A stretch of 40,754 bases of DNA from an uncultured Ectothiorhodospiraceae bacterium (GTDB lineage: Bacteria; Pseudomonadota; Gammaproteobacteria; SZUA-152), in the NCBI GenBank assembly GCA_964614545.1, contig CAZTPE010000001.1:1-40754 (forward strand), read 5' to 3'. Position numbers and translations under genes: made by a program. This document shows positions 1-9,412 of the stretch, one piece after another. The notes below the pieces were generated by a model. The model was given only the letters and a program-made list of their open reading frames with translations. It did no database searches and had not been told where the DNA came from. Within the stretch, counting starts at the first letter, position 1. Each line of letters begins with the position of its first letter.

Positions 1-1036
1 CTTCGATGGTCTGTCCGGACATGCTGGTGACGATGTCACCGGGCTTATTGGCGGCGCCGTCGGGCAGGTTTTCGCAGGTGGGGATCACCACCACCAGGTT
101 GATGGGCAGCTGCAGTTCGCAGCAGGCGGTGAGGGCGCCGAGCACGGTGGCGGCGCCGCACATGTCATATTTCATCTCGTCCATGGCTGCCGAGGGCTTG
201 ATGGAGATGCCGCCGGCGTCGAAGGTGATGCCCTTGCCCACCAATACCACCGGCTTCTGTTTGCTGGTGCCGCCTGTGTATTCGGCGATGATAAAATGCG
301 GCGCCTCGCGCGAGCCCTTGGCCACCGACAGAAAGGAACCCATGCCGAGCTTTTCCAACTGCGGCTGCTGCAGAACCTCTACTTTTAGTTTGCTGTACTT
401 CTTGCCCTGGGCGCGAGCCTGCTTGGCCAGATAGCCTGGTGTGCAGATGTTGCCGGGCAGGTTGCCCAGGTCTTTGGCCAGTGACACGCCCTCGGCGATG
501 GCTTCACCTTCGCGCACCGCCAGTTCACCATTGCCCAGGTCGCTGCGTCGTGGCACGGTGAGGATTAGCTTGCGCAGCGGGCGGCGGATATCGTCCTTTT
601 TGGTTTTCAGGGTATCGGCGCGATAGAGGATTTCGCGGCTGCATTCCACCGTCTGGCGGACCTTCCAGTGCAGGTCGCGGCCCTTGACGTTGATCTCGGT
701 GAGGTAGCAGGTGGCCTCCATGGTGCCGGTTTCGTCGAGACGGGTCACGGCGCTGCCGATGATTTCACGGTATTGCTGGTCGCTGATGTCGCGTTCGCGG
801 CCGCAGCCGACCAGTAGCACGCGGTCGGCCATGGCGCCCTGCGGGTTGTGGATCAGCAGGGTCTTGCCGAGCTTGCCTTCCATGTCGCCACGGCGCAGCA
901 CGGTGGAGAGGAAACCGTCGCTGGCCTTGTCTAGGGCTTCGGCGGCGGGGCTAAGGCGGCGCGGTTCGAAGACGCCGACCACCACACAGGCGGAGCGTTG
1001 TTTTTCGGGTGAGCCACTCTTGATGCTGAATTCCAT
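1..1036 (-). CDS. pepA: Leucyl aminopeptidase (M17), first ~345 codons; the C-terminus lies beyond the window start
   Basis: Absent from the ORF track because the frame runs off the left edge. Reverse translation from the ATG at 1036-1034 reads MEFSIKSGSPEKQRSACVVVGVFEP, later VGKGITFDAGGISIKP and MDEMKYDMCGAA (M17 signatures). The + strand ORFs 6-434, 441-626 and 711-1175 are shadows. Divergent from lptF, as in E. coli. Confidence 0.9.
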   Translation of the reverse strand, partial: MEFSIKSGSPEKQRSACVVVGVFEPRRLSPAAEALDKASDGFLSTVLRRGDMEGKLGKTLLIHNPQGAMADRVLLVGCGRERDISDQQYREIIGSAVTRLDETGTMEATCYLTEINVKGRDLHWKVRQTVECSREILYRADTLKTKKDDIRRPLRKLILTVPRRSDLGNGELAVREGEAIAEGVSLAKDLGNLPGNICTPGYLAKQARAQGKKYSKLKVEVLQQPQLEKLGMGSFLSVAKGSREAPHFIIAEYTGGTSKQKPVVLVGKGITFDAGGISIKPSAAMDEMKYDMCGAATVLGALTACCELQLPINLVVVIPTCENLPDGAANKPGDIVTSMSGQTIE

Positions 1037-1194
1037 AGTCTTCCTGCTGGTCGATGGTGAGCCGGTTGGTCGGCGGTTTTGTTGCGCGGGGTTTTGTTAT
1101 ACGGTTAGCCCCCTAGTCTACTCGAACTTCCGTGTTGGCCACAAAGTGTGTGTCCCGGGGTTTACCTTTCGCTAAACATTCCAGGCCGAGCTTC

Positions 1195-2304
1195 TTGATT
1201 ATTGATCGCTATCTGGCAAAAGAGGTCGTGCAGACCATGCTGGCCGTGTTGCTGGTGCTGCTGCTGATCTTCCTCGGTCGTTTTTTTGCCGTCTATCTGT
1301 CCGATGCCCTGGCGGGCAAGATTTCCGCCGCCATCGTGCTCGACATGCTGATGCTGCGCACGGTGACCGCGCTGAGCATGATGTTCCCCTTTGCGCTGTA
1401 CATGGCGGTATTGCTGGCCTTCGGGCGCCTGTACAAAGACAATGAAATGACCGCGCTGGCCGCCGGCGGGGTGGGCATGGGGCGTGTGCTGCGCACGGTG
1501 CTGGTGATCGGCCTGCTGCTGGCGGCACTGGTCAGCGTGTTGTCGCTGTGGACCACGCCCTGGGCGCACGAGGCATCCACCAAGCTGCAGGAGAAGACCG
1601 CGGCGACCAATGCCTTTGCGGCGGTAACAGCGGGGCGCTTCAGTGAGGTGGGTGGCGCCGACCGGGTGTTCTACGTGGAGGCGCTGTCGGAAGACCGCAG
1701 CGAGCTGCGGGATGTGTTCGTGTCTGATCGCCGCCAGGGCCGGTTGACACTGTTTTCCGCGCACAGTGGTTATCGCTACCGAGACCCCGACACGGGGGTG
1801 CTGTACCTGGTTCTGGTGAACGGTTATCGCTATGAGGGGCGGCCCGGTGAGGTGGATTTCCGCATTTATCGTTTTGACAAGCATGCGGTACGCCTGGACG
1901 AGGGTGAGGTGAAAAAGATGGTGCGCCGCCTGTGGGCGTTGCCCACGGAGCGTCTGTGGGGTTCGACGCGCCTGAACGAGATTGCCGAGCTGCAGTGGCG
2001 CCTGGCCATGCCCGTTGCCACCCTGCTGCTAGCGTGGCTGGGGGCGCTGCTGAGTCGTACCTCGCCGCGTCAGGGCCGCTTCGGCAAGCTGTTCGTGGCC
2101 ATCCTGTTGTTCATCATTTATTACAATACCCTGGGCGTGGCGAAGAACTGGATCGTGCGCGGGGTGGTGCCGCCGGAGCTGGGGCTGTGGTGGGTGCACG
2201 CGGTGCTGCTGGCGCTGCTGGGTTGGCTGACGGTGCGCCAGATCGGCGCGCACTGGTTGCTCGACCGTCTGCGCGGGCGGGTCCAGTTGGCACGGCAGGG
2301 TTAG
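1195..2304 (+). CDS. lptF: LPS export ABC permease LptF (YjgP/YjgQ family)
   Basis: Track ORF 1132-2304. The N-terminus LIIDRYLAKEVVQTMLAVLLVLLLIF matches E. coli LptF MIIIRYLVRETLKSQLAILFILLLIF, which favours the in-frame TTG at 1195 as start (GTG 1132 is the maximal alternative). Multi-TM pattern, immediately followed by lptG. Confidence 0.85.
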   Translation: MIIDRYLAKEVVQTMLAVLLVLLLIFLGRFFAVYLSDALAGKISAAIVLDMLMLRTVTALSMMFPFALYMAVLLAFGRLYKDNEMTALAAGGVGMGRVLRTVLVIGLLLAALVSVLSLWTTPWAHEASTKLQEKTAATNAFAAVTAGRFSEVGGADRVFYVEALSEDRSELRDVFVSDRRQGRLTLFSAHSGYRYRDPDTGVLYLVLVNGYRYEGRPGEVDFRIYRFDKHAVRLDEGEVKKMVRRLWALPTERLWGSTRLNEIAELQWRLAMPVATLLLAWLGALLSRTSPRQGRFGKLFVAILLFIIYYNTLGVAKNWIVRGVVPPELGLWWVHAVLLALLGWLTVRQIGAHWLLDRLRGRVQLARQG

Positions 2305-3369
2305 ATGCAGATCCTTGACCGTTACATCGGCCGCAGCGTGCTCTGGAGTACCTTCATCACGCTCACGGTGCTGCTGACCCTGTTCACCTTTTTTGCCTTC
2401 ATGGATGAAGTGGGCGATATCGGCAAGGGCAATTACGGCACCTGGCAGGCGGTTCAGTATGTGCTGCTCACGGTGCCCAAGCTGGCTTATCAGCTATTCC
2501 CGGTGGCGGCGCTGATCGGCTGCACTATTGGCCTCGGCGTGCTGGCCAGCAACAGCGAACTGACGGTGATGCGCGCCGCCGGGGTGTCGCTGGGGCGTAT
2601 TGTCTGGTCGGTAATGAAGGTGGGACTGCTGATTGTTATCGTCTCGCTGGTGATCGGTGAGGGTATTGCGCCGGTGGCGGAGGAACAGGCGCAAACGCTG
2701 CGCTCGGTGGCCAAGTCCGACAAGCTGGATCTTGGCGGACGCAGTGGCTTCTGGGCCCGCGATGGCGACAGCTTCGTCAATGTGCGCAACTTCCTGCCGG
2801 GCAAGCGCCTGGGCGGCGTGACTATTTACACCTTCGACGGCGAGCAACAGCTGACGCGCATGCTGTATGCCGAATCGGCGGTTTATCAGGACGGCCGCTG
2901 GATGCTGGAAAATATCACCAGCAGCGATGTGAGCTTCGACGGCGTCAGCGCCCATCGCATAAAGACCGAACCCTGGAGTACGCGCCTCAGCCCGGACCTG
3001 CTCAGTGTGGTCACGGTCAAGCCCAACACCCTGTCCATCAAGGGGCTGTATGACTACGTCAGCTATCTGCGTGAAAACGGCCTAGACGCGGCGGTCTACG
3101 AGCAGGCCCTGTGGGGCAAGATCGTCGCGCCGCTGGTGACCGGGGTGATGGTGTTTCTGGCCATCCCCTTCGTGTTTGGCCCGCTGCGCTCGGTCAGCAT
3201 CGGCCACCGCATTCTGGTGGGCACCCTGGTGGGCATCGGCTTCCATCTGCTGAACCAGATGTTCGGTTATCTCGGCCTGGTGGCGGGCATCTATCCGGCG
3301 CTGACGGCGGTGCTGCCGCTGGTCTTGGCGCTGGGTACGGGGTTCTGGTTGATGCGGCGGATCTACTAG
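2305..3369 (+). CDS. lptG: LPS export ABC permease LptG
   Basis: 354-aa ORF starting MQILDRYIGRSVL (LptG-type N-terminus). TM segments flank a periplasmic domain. Its start lies 1 nt after the lptF stop. Confidence 0.9.
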   Translation: MQILDRYIGRSVLWSTFITLTVLLTLFTFFAFMDEVGDIGKGNYGTWQAVQYVLLTVPKLAYQLFPVAALIGCTIGLGVLASNSELTVMRAAGVSLGRIVWSVMKVGLLIVIVSLVIGEGIAPVAEEQAQTLRSVAKSDKLDLGGRSGFWARDGDSFVNVRNFLPGKRLGGVTIYTFDGEQQLTRMLYAESAVYQDGRWMLENITSSDVSFDGVSAHRIKTEPWSTRLSPDLLSVVTVKPNTLSIKGLYDYVSYLRENGLDAAVYEQALWGKIVAPLVTGVMVFLAIPFVFGPLRSVSIGHRILVGTLVGIGFHLLNQMFGYLGLVAGIYPALTAVLPLVLALGTGFWLMRRIY

Positions 3370-3376
3370 CCCGTAT

Positions 3377-3441
3377 TTACCACAGAGGCACGGAGGATAT
3401 AGAGTTTTTTAACTTGTGGTACCGCTCTGCGGTGTCACACA
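3377..3441. repeat. REP-like units downstream of lptG (CCACAGAGGCACGGAGG unit plus ACCGCTCTGCGGT hairpin)
   Basis: ttaccacagaggcacggaggatatagag (3377-3405) resembles units at 27290-27363 and 37331-37622. ggtaccgctctgcggtgtcac (about 3419-3441) resembles the hairpins at 37420-37442 and 37566-37588. Confidence 0.5.
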
Positions 3442-3478
3442 GCTTGTGGTGCTCAGCGCCATGCCGCCCGGGGCGAAG

Positions 3479-4465
3479 TTAGCCACCTGTTTTCGTCTCC
3501 AGGGTTACGACCACATTTCCCTTTTTGTGTCCTTTTTCAACATAGCCATGGGCATCAGCAGTTTGTTCCAGGGGGTAGCATCTATCCATGACAGATTTCA
3601 GCTTTCCCATCTCAATAGCCTCCTTGAGTTCTTCGAGGAGTATTCGAAGCTCTGGGGCGGGGCGTAAGCCCGTAGCCGAAAACTGGGCTTTCTTGCCACC
3701 GATGATTGAAGTCCATAACATCTGAAAAAGAAGTGACATCCCAAGGACGGGTGAAAGATAAACCCCCTTTTCTGTTAGCGAGCCTTTACAACGTGAAAAT
3801 GAATTTTTTCCTAATGTGTCAAAAATGATGTCATAGCGTTGATCTGTTTTAGTGAAGTCCTTTTCCGTATAATCAATGACCTTATCGGTGCCTAGGGACT
3901 TCACCAGTTCCACATTCGTGGTACTGCATACCCCGGTCACTTTTGCCCCAAAGTATTTGGCAATCTGCACTGCAGCACTGCCCAGACTGCCAGAAGCACC
4001 GTTGATGAGAACGGTTTGTCCGTGCTGGATATTTCCAATATCCTTAAGAAAACTCAGCGAGGTTAATGCCCCATCGCAGATGGGAGCGGCCTTTTCGTAA
4101 GTCATATTGACCGGCTTTGTTGCCAGTACGCCTTCTTCAGGCACACAGACATACTCGGCATTCGTGCCAACCTCCAGGCTTTCTCCAAAAACCTGCTCAC
4201 TTTTTTTAAATCGCGTTACATCTTTGCCCGCAGCTTCGATCTCCCCAGCAAAACCGGTTCCAGTAATCGGGTTCTTTGGTTTCATGAGACCAATAAAAAA
4301 CCGACCAATAAATGGCATTCCCTTTCGCATCATAGTATCCGCCGTAGTGACGGATGCCGCATGTATCCTGATCAGTACTTCATTATCCTTGGGCGTCGGT
4401 TTTTTAATCTGTTTGAGTTGGAGAACATTCGGTGATCCATATTTTGTGCATACAATGGCTTTCAT
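3479..4465 (-). CDS. NAD(P)H-dependent medium-chain dehydrogenase/reductase, quinone oxidoreductase (zeta-crystallin-like)
   Basis: 328-aa ORF. The N-terminal GroES-like fold begins MKAIVCTKYGSPNVLQLKQIKKPTP. Rossmann motif INGASGSLGSAAVQIAKYFGAKV. No obvious zinc-ligand Cys cluster. A+T-richer than the flanks. Confidence 0.8.
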   Translation of the reverse strand: MKAIVCTKYGSPNVLQLKQIKKPTPKDNEVLIRIHAASVTTADTMMRKGMPFIGRFFIGLMKPKNPITGTGFAGEIEAAGKDVTRFKKSEQVFGESLEVGTNAEYVCVPEEGVLATKPVNMTYEKAAPICDGALTSLSFLKDIGNIQHGQTVLINGASGSLGSAAVQIAKYFGAKVTGVCSTTNVELVKSLGTDKVIDYTEKDFTKTDQRYDIIFDTLGKNSFSRCKGSLTEKGVYLSPVLGMSLLFQMLWTSIIGGKKAQFSATGLRPAPELRILLEELKEAIEMGKLKSVMDRCYPLEQTADAHGYVEKGHKKGNVVVTLETKTGG

Positions 4466-4743
4466 TTTTTCTTTCCTTTACTGCCAAGCACATCGGTGTG
4501 CCCGATATTAACGTGGGTAAGCGATAGCAGCGGCATGCCTAAATCACGTACTTTTTTTAACATCCCATATAAAGCGGCCTGATCAACCACCGGCCCGGTT
4601 AAAAGCGTGTCGCCGTTGGTTTGAAGAGTAATGCTCAGGCCACCAAACCAGTCTGCCCATTTGTGATCCAAATGGCCTTTGATCCTGATTTGGTAGATCC
4701 TTACTGCGTTTGATGCTGTTGCTGAATGGGGTGTATTTGGCAT
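4462..4743 (-). CDS. Small uncharacterised protein (93 aa), translationally coupled to the oxidoreductase
   Basis: ORF with core IRIKGHLDHKWADWFGGLSITLQTNGDTLLTGPVVDQAALYGMLKKVRDLGMPLLSL. Its stop overlaps the downstream ATG (ATGA at 4462-4465). Same strand as both neighbours. I cannot name a family. Confidence 0.6.
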   Translation of the reverse strand: MPNTPHSATASNAVRIYQIRIKGHLDHKWADWFGGLSITLQTNGDTLLTGPVVDQAALYGMLKKVRDLGMPLLSLTHVNIGHTDVLGSKGKKK

Positions 4744-4833
4744 GCGCCTGTACCACTTGTTGGGTGTGTAAAGAGTATGGTCGCGAGCCGGTGTCAGTGT
4801 GTAGACACTTTGGTGTGATTTGAGGTGTTGTTT

Positions 4834-7569
4834 TTAGATGATGTTGAGGGAGCGGGCTTTGGCCACGGCTTCGGTGCGTCTTTGAACCTGTAGTTTGGCA
4901 AAGAGCCTGCGGTTGTGGCCTTTTACGGTATCCAGGGCGAGAAAGAGTTTCTCGCTGATCTCGCGGTTCGAGAGTCCTTGTGCAATGAGTTTCAGTACTT
5001 TTAACTCGCGTAGACTCAGGGGCTCGATAAGGGTGGAGGATGCTGGAGCCTGTCTTTCAGTAGACGGGGTGCCCGTATGAAGCACGGCCAGTAATTTATT
5101 CACAGAGTCCGGCATCATTCCATGGGTAGCGGCCGTGGACAAAAGCTCGGCCATTGGCGCGCCTTCATCGACAAAAACACGCATGCAGCCCTCTGGCTCC
5201 GCCAACGTCAGGGCGTGTTGCAGGGATGCCAGCGCCGCAGTGATGTCACCTTGTGTCTGCCGGGCGAGTGCCTGCAACACCAGGAGCTCGATGACGCTTC
5301 CCGTTCTTACGCCTCCTTCTGCGGCGTTTAGCAGGCGTTCGATGAAATTCACTGTCTCGTGAATCGCGCCATCTGCCGGGTGGTTCGTGTGGCGGGCGAT
5401 GCGTAGTCTTGCCACGGTGATGTGTTCGAATTCGCGCAGGAAGCTGAGTTTGTCATCAATGGATAATTTCTGCTCATGCACCCAAGCCAGGGCTTTGTTC
5501 AACCTCCCTTGTTTAATCCAAATCCGCACCTTCAATGCCGCGATGGGGCGCACGACGGGGAGGGGGGTGATGTAATACAGTCGTTCTGCCTCATCGAGCA
5601 GATCGAGCGCACCGTCCAGGTCTCCCTCGGCCTGCTTTATTCCAGCCTGTGCAAGGCACAAGCGGTGTGGCCAATCCGGTAAGCCCGCTTGCTCGCCCAG
5701 TGTCTCGCTTTTCAGCAAATATTGTTTGGCGGTTTCCAGATTGCCCTGTTCATGATGCAGTCTGCTCAAGCCTAAATAAAGATCAGCAGTTCCCTGTAAT
5801 GCCGGCTCTCCCTGTGCCAGCTGCAGTGACTGCTCGCAGACTCGGATGGCATCAATGAGGCGACCTTGCGTCACTCTGATCTCCGCTAGTCCAACGGTGA
5901 CGCTGATGGCGAAAGCGAGGTTGCCGGTCTTTCGCAGGCTCGCCATGGCATTGGTCAGGGATGTGTAGGCGGCCTCCAGATCACCGCTCGCCCACTGTGC
6001 GAGGCCCAGCAGCGCGGCGGTAATTCCGTGGCCGTGATGGTCCGTCGCCGGTAACAGTTCGAGTGCCCGGCTGGCATACTTTATTGTGGCGGGCGTATCG
6101 CTCAGAGCCTGGGCATGATAGGCGCGAGCATTGGCGATGTGCGCCGCGAGCGACCGGTATTGCTCTTCGTTCTCTTTGGCCTCTGATCTCTGAGCCGTGC
6201 CCGCGGTGTTGTCCAGCCCGCATTCAGCGTCCTGTATTCGGGGCTCGGCGGCCTGCAGCTCGCCGATATCCAGCAAGGCCCAGGCATGGGCGATGCTGAG
6301 TAGTGGTCTGGTGCGGATCAATTCACTGGGTAGTGCCTTTACCCAGTCCATAAATGCCGGACTCTGGAAGGTGCTGCGGTGAATGGCTGGCCATGCCTGC
6401 TCGATCAGGCCTGCTGCTCGCTCAAAATCCTCCGCGGCAAACGCATGATGAATCGCGTCGGACAACAGGTCGTTATGCACGTACCACTCGCTCGCGCGCA
6501 GATGCAGGTCGGCGATTTCATCGGGCTGCTGCTGCATCAAACGTGCTTGCAATACATCGGCAAATAAATGGTGATAGCGATACCATTGGCGCTGGTCATC
6601 CAGTGGAACCAGCAACAGGTTAGCCTGCTCCAGATATGCCAGGGTTTCCCGGCCACAGGTACCAGGGGCTTGCACCACGGCATCACATAGGGGACCACAC
6701 AGGCGATTGAGGATAGATGTACGCAATAAGAACACCTGAATGCTGTCGGGCTGTTGTTGCAGCACTTCTTCCACCAGATAGTCCATCACAAAACGATGAC
6801 TGCCAGTAAACGATGCAATGAAGCGGCTGGCATCCTCATGTCCCTGCATTGAAATCGCCGCCAATTGCAGGCCGGCAACCCAGCCTTCGGTGCGAGCCTC
6901 CAGTGCCGCAATATTATCCGCTGAGAGACTTAGCCCCATTGCCTGATTGAGAAGTTCGGCCGCTTCAGCAGGCGTAAAACGCAAATCAGCAACGCGCAGT
7001 TCAGTTAACTGACTGCGGGCGCGCAAGCGGGCCAGAGGTAATGATGGGTCTTCACGAGTGGCGATAACCAAGAGCATCTGTGGTGGCAGATGCTTAAGAA
7101 CAAAGCTCAGGGCACTGTCGACCGGTTCGGCATCAATAAGATGGTAGTCGTCAAGGACGAGGACAAACTGATCCGGGATGGTCGCAATATCATTCAGCAG
7201 AGCCGTCAGAATCGATGCCGTTGTTGGTTGAGGGGATTGCAACATAGCCAACACCCCTTCGCCGACATTTGCCTCAATCGTCTGTAAAGCAGTGACAAGA
7301 TAAGTCAGAAAACGCGTGAGTTCATTATCCCCTTCATCCAGCGATAACCAGGCAACCGATCGTTCGCACCCGACGACCCACTCGCTGACCAGCGTGGTTT
7401 TACCAAAGCCGGCAGGTGCAGAGATGAGTATCAGTTTACGCTGTGAATCCTCGTCCAGCTTCTCGATCAGGCGGGGACGGCGAACAACTTTGGACCGAGG
7501 TGGAGGAATATAAAGCTTAGTGCTCAGAATCGGCGTAGACATGGGTCGATTACAAAGCACGCACTGCAC
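4834..7569 (-). CDS. MalT-like STAND ATPase / LuxR-family transcriptional regulator (COG2909-type)
   Basis: 911-aa ORF. N-terminus LSTKLYIPPPRSKVVRRPRL, Walker A SAPAGFGKTT, Walker B-like FVLVLDDYH, long helical TPR-like middle, C-terminal GerE/LuxR HTH (LSLRELKVLKLIAQGLSNREISEKLFLALDTVKGHNRRLFAKL). The start is uncertain: GTG at 7569 or ATG at 7542. Confidence 0.85.
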   Translation of the reverse strand: MQCVLCNRPMSTPILSTKLYIPPPRSKVVRRPRLIEKLDEDSQRKLILISAPAGFGKTTLVSEWVVGCERSVAWLSLDEGDNELTRFLTYLVTALQTIEANVGEGVLAMLQSPQPTTASILTALLNDIATIPDQFVLVLDDYHLIDAEPVDSALSFVLKHLPPQMLLVIATREDPSLPLARLRARSQLTELRVADLRFTPAEAAELLNQAMGLSLSADNIAALEARTEGWVAGLQLAAISMQGHEDASRFIASFTGSHRFVMDYLVEEVLQQQPDSIQVFLLRTSILNRLCGPLCDAVVQAPGTCGRETLAYLEQANLLLVPLDDQRQWYRYHHLFADVLQARLMQQQPDEIADLHLRASEWYVHNDLLSDAIHHAFAAEDFERAAGLIEQAWPAIHRSTFQSPAFMDWVKALPSELIRTRPLLSIAHAWALLDIGELQAAEPRIQDAECGLDNTAGTAQRSEAKENEEQYRSLAAHIANARAYHAQALSDTPATIKYASRALELLPATDHHGHGITAALLGLAQWASGDLEAAYTSLTNAMASLRKTGNLAFAISVTVGLAEIRVTQGRLIDAIRVCEQSLQLAQGEPALQGTADLYLGLSRLHHEQGNLETAKQYLLKSETLGEQAGLPDWPHRLCLAQAGIKQAEGDLDGALDLLDEAERLYYITPLPVVRPIAALKVRIWIKQGRLNKALAWVHEQKLSIDDKLSFLREFEHITVARLRIARHTNHPADGAIHETVNFIERLLNAAEGGVRTGSVIELLVLQALARQTQGDITAALASLQHALTLAEPEGCMRVFVDEGAPMAELLSTAATHGMMPDSVNKLLAVLHTGTPSTERQAPASSTLIEPLSLRELKVLKLIAQGLSNREISEKLFLALDTVKGHNRRLFAKLQVQRRTEAVAKARSLNII

Positions 7570-7690
7570 TAATGGGAACGATGATTATGCGACATTGGAA
7601 TTTGTCTTTAGGCTATAAGTAGAGGCATTTCCAGTTGCATTATGGCGCATAATCAACGTTCTTATTCGTAATTGGCGGGATGAGCTGTAG

Positions 7691-9412
7691 TCAGACCTCG
7701 GCCAGTCCCGGGTTATCGCCCAGTCCCTTGATCTTGGGAATGTTGAGTTCCTTGATGCGTACCGTATCCTGGGCGCGGATGTACTCGGCCACCACGTCCC
7801 AGATGGGGGTGCCCTCACGTTTCTCCATGCTGGCCCAGCCGGCCAGACGATAGTTCTTCCTGGCGTCCAGCGGTTTGCCATTCAGCTCCATGTCGGTAAT
7901 GCGCCTGCCGATTTTTGCTGTCGGGTCGATACTGTATTTCAGACCACCCACACGCACCATGTCGCCACCCTGTTGATAGTAGGGGTCTTCATTGAACAGG
8001 TTGTCCGCCACGTCCTCGAGGATCACCTTGATCTGTTCGCCACTGACTTCGTTCAGTGTGGCGGTGGGGTAGGTGATGGCGGTTTGCGTCATCACATGTT
8101 CAAAGGTGATCGGTTCGCCCGGCATTACGCTCACGCCCCAGCGGAAGCCGGGAGAGAAGGCGATGTCGGCTTCCTGTACGTCGAGCATGGCATCGAGAAT
8201 CAGCTGGTCGAAGGTGCCGTTGAAGTTGCCGCGGCGATAGAGCACTTCGTCCGCCACGCCCAGTTGCTCGTCGAGTCTTTTGATATACGGCTTGCGCACA
8301 TCGCTGATGAATTTGCTCATCTCAACATCGGGCTCGATGAAGTTGGAGAAGATGGGCAGCAGGCGATAGCGGAAGTCTCGCACCTTGCCTCTCTTCACAT
8401 CGAAATCCAGCACGCTGAGGAACTTGCCGTTGGAACCGGAGTTGATCACCAGCGTGGTGCCACCGGCATTTTTTACTTTGACCGGTTCGGGCACGGCGTC
8501 ATGGGTATGGCCGCCCATGATGGCGTCGATACCGCGTACACGGCTGGCCATTTTCAGATCGACATCCATGCCATTGTGAGAAAGAACGACAACAACCTGT
8601 GCGCCGGCTTCCCGTGCGGCGTCGACGGTATTCTGCATCTTGTCGTCGCGGATGCCGAAACTCCATTCGGGAATCATCCAGCGTGGATTGGCGATGGGTG
8701 TGTAGGGGAAGGCCTGACCAATGATGGCCGTCGGGATGCCGTTCATTTCCTTGATGACATAGGGCTTGAAGACGTCTTCTTCCCACTGGTTGTCGATGAT
8801 ATTCTGGGCAACAAAGTCCATATGCCCTTCGAGATCGTTTTCGATGATCTCATTGACGCGTTCTGCACCATAGGTAAATTCCCAGTGGCCGGTCATCACA
8901 TCGACACCGAGCAGCTTGGTAGCATCGACCATATCCTGGCCATTCGTCCACAGGGCGGTGGCAGAACCCTGCCAGGTATCGCCGCCATCCAGCAGCAGGG
9001 ATCCCGGGCGTTGGGAACGGATATGTTTTACCAGTGTTGCCAGATGCGAGAAGCCGCCGACCTTGCCATACTGCCTGGAGGCCTCGACGAAATTTAGATA
9101 AGTAAAGGCATAGGCCTCCGGGGTATTCGGGGCGATGCCATAGTGTTTGAGGAAATTTTTGCCTACCAGGTGAGGGGGATGCCCCTTCATGTTGCCGACG
9201 CCGATGTTGATGTTGGGTTCGCGGAACCAGATGGGCATCAACTGCGCGTGGCAATCCGTAAAATGCAGAAATGAAACATTGCCAAAAACAGGCAGTTCAT
9301 ACATCTGGTTAGGGACGATGCCCCCCTTGCTTGCCGCCTGGCCGGGTAGTGCGACGCCGGCGGCGCTGGCCACGGCCAGCATTTGCAGAAATTCACGACG
9401 GGAGATGTTCAT
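7691..9412 (-). CDS. soxB: Thiosulfohydrolase SoxB (dimanganese 5'-nucleotidase-like)
   Basis: 573 aa. Twin-arginine signal MNISRREFLQMLAVASAAGVALPGQA, metallophosphoesterase motifs (HFTDCHAQ, GGDTWQG, GHWEF, SHNG, GGHTH) and a C-terminal 5'-nucleotidase domain. AGGAGGA RBS upstream. Next to soxXYZA. Confidence 0.95.
   Translation of the reverse strand: MNISRREFLQMLAVASAAGVALPGQAASKGGIVPNQMYELPVFGNVSFLHFTDCHAQLMPIWFREPNINIGVGNMKGHPPHLVGKNFLKHYGIAPNTPEAYAFTYLNFVEASRQYGKVGGFSHLATLVKHIRSQRPGSLLLDGGDTWQGSATALWTNGQDMVDATKLLGVDVMTGHWEFTYGAERVNEIIENDLEGHMDFVAQNIIDNQWEEDVFKPYVIKEMNGIPTAIIGQAFPYTPIANPRWMIPEWSFGIRDDKMQNTVDAAREAGAQVVVVLSHNGMDVDLKMASRVRGIDAIMGGHTHDAVPEPVKVKNAGGTTLVINSGSNGKFLSVLDFDVKRGKVRDFRYRLLPIFSNFIEPDVEMSKFISDVRKPYIKRLDEQLGVADEVLYRRGNFNGTFDQLILDAMLDVQEADIAFSPGFRWGVSVMPGEPITFEHVMTQTAITYPTATLNEVSGEQIKVILEDVADNLFNEDPYYQQGGDMVRVGGLKYSIDPTAKIGRRITDMELNGKPLDARKNYRLAGWASMEKREGTPIWDVVAEYIRAQDTVRIKELNIPKIKGLGDNPGLAEV

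Noticed and set aside
4834-7569. The STAND ATPase with TPR repeats might be an Avs/antiviral-STAND type defence protein.
   Set aside because: It ends in a canonical LuxR/GerE HTH rather than a nuclease, protease or other effector, and has the MalT N-terminal signature. That is the architecture of a transcriptional activator. No defence-type neighbours are present.
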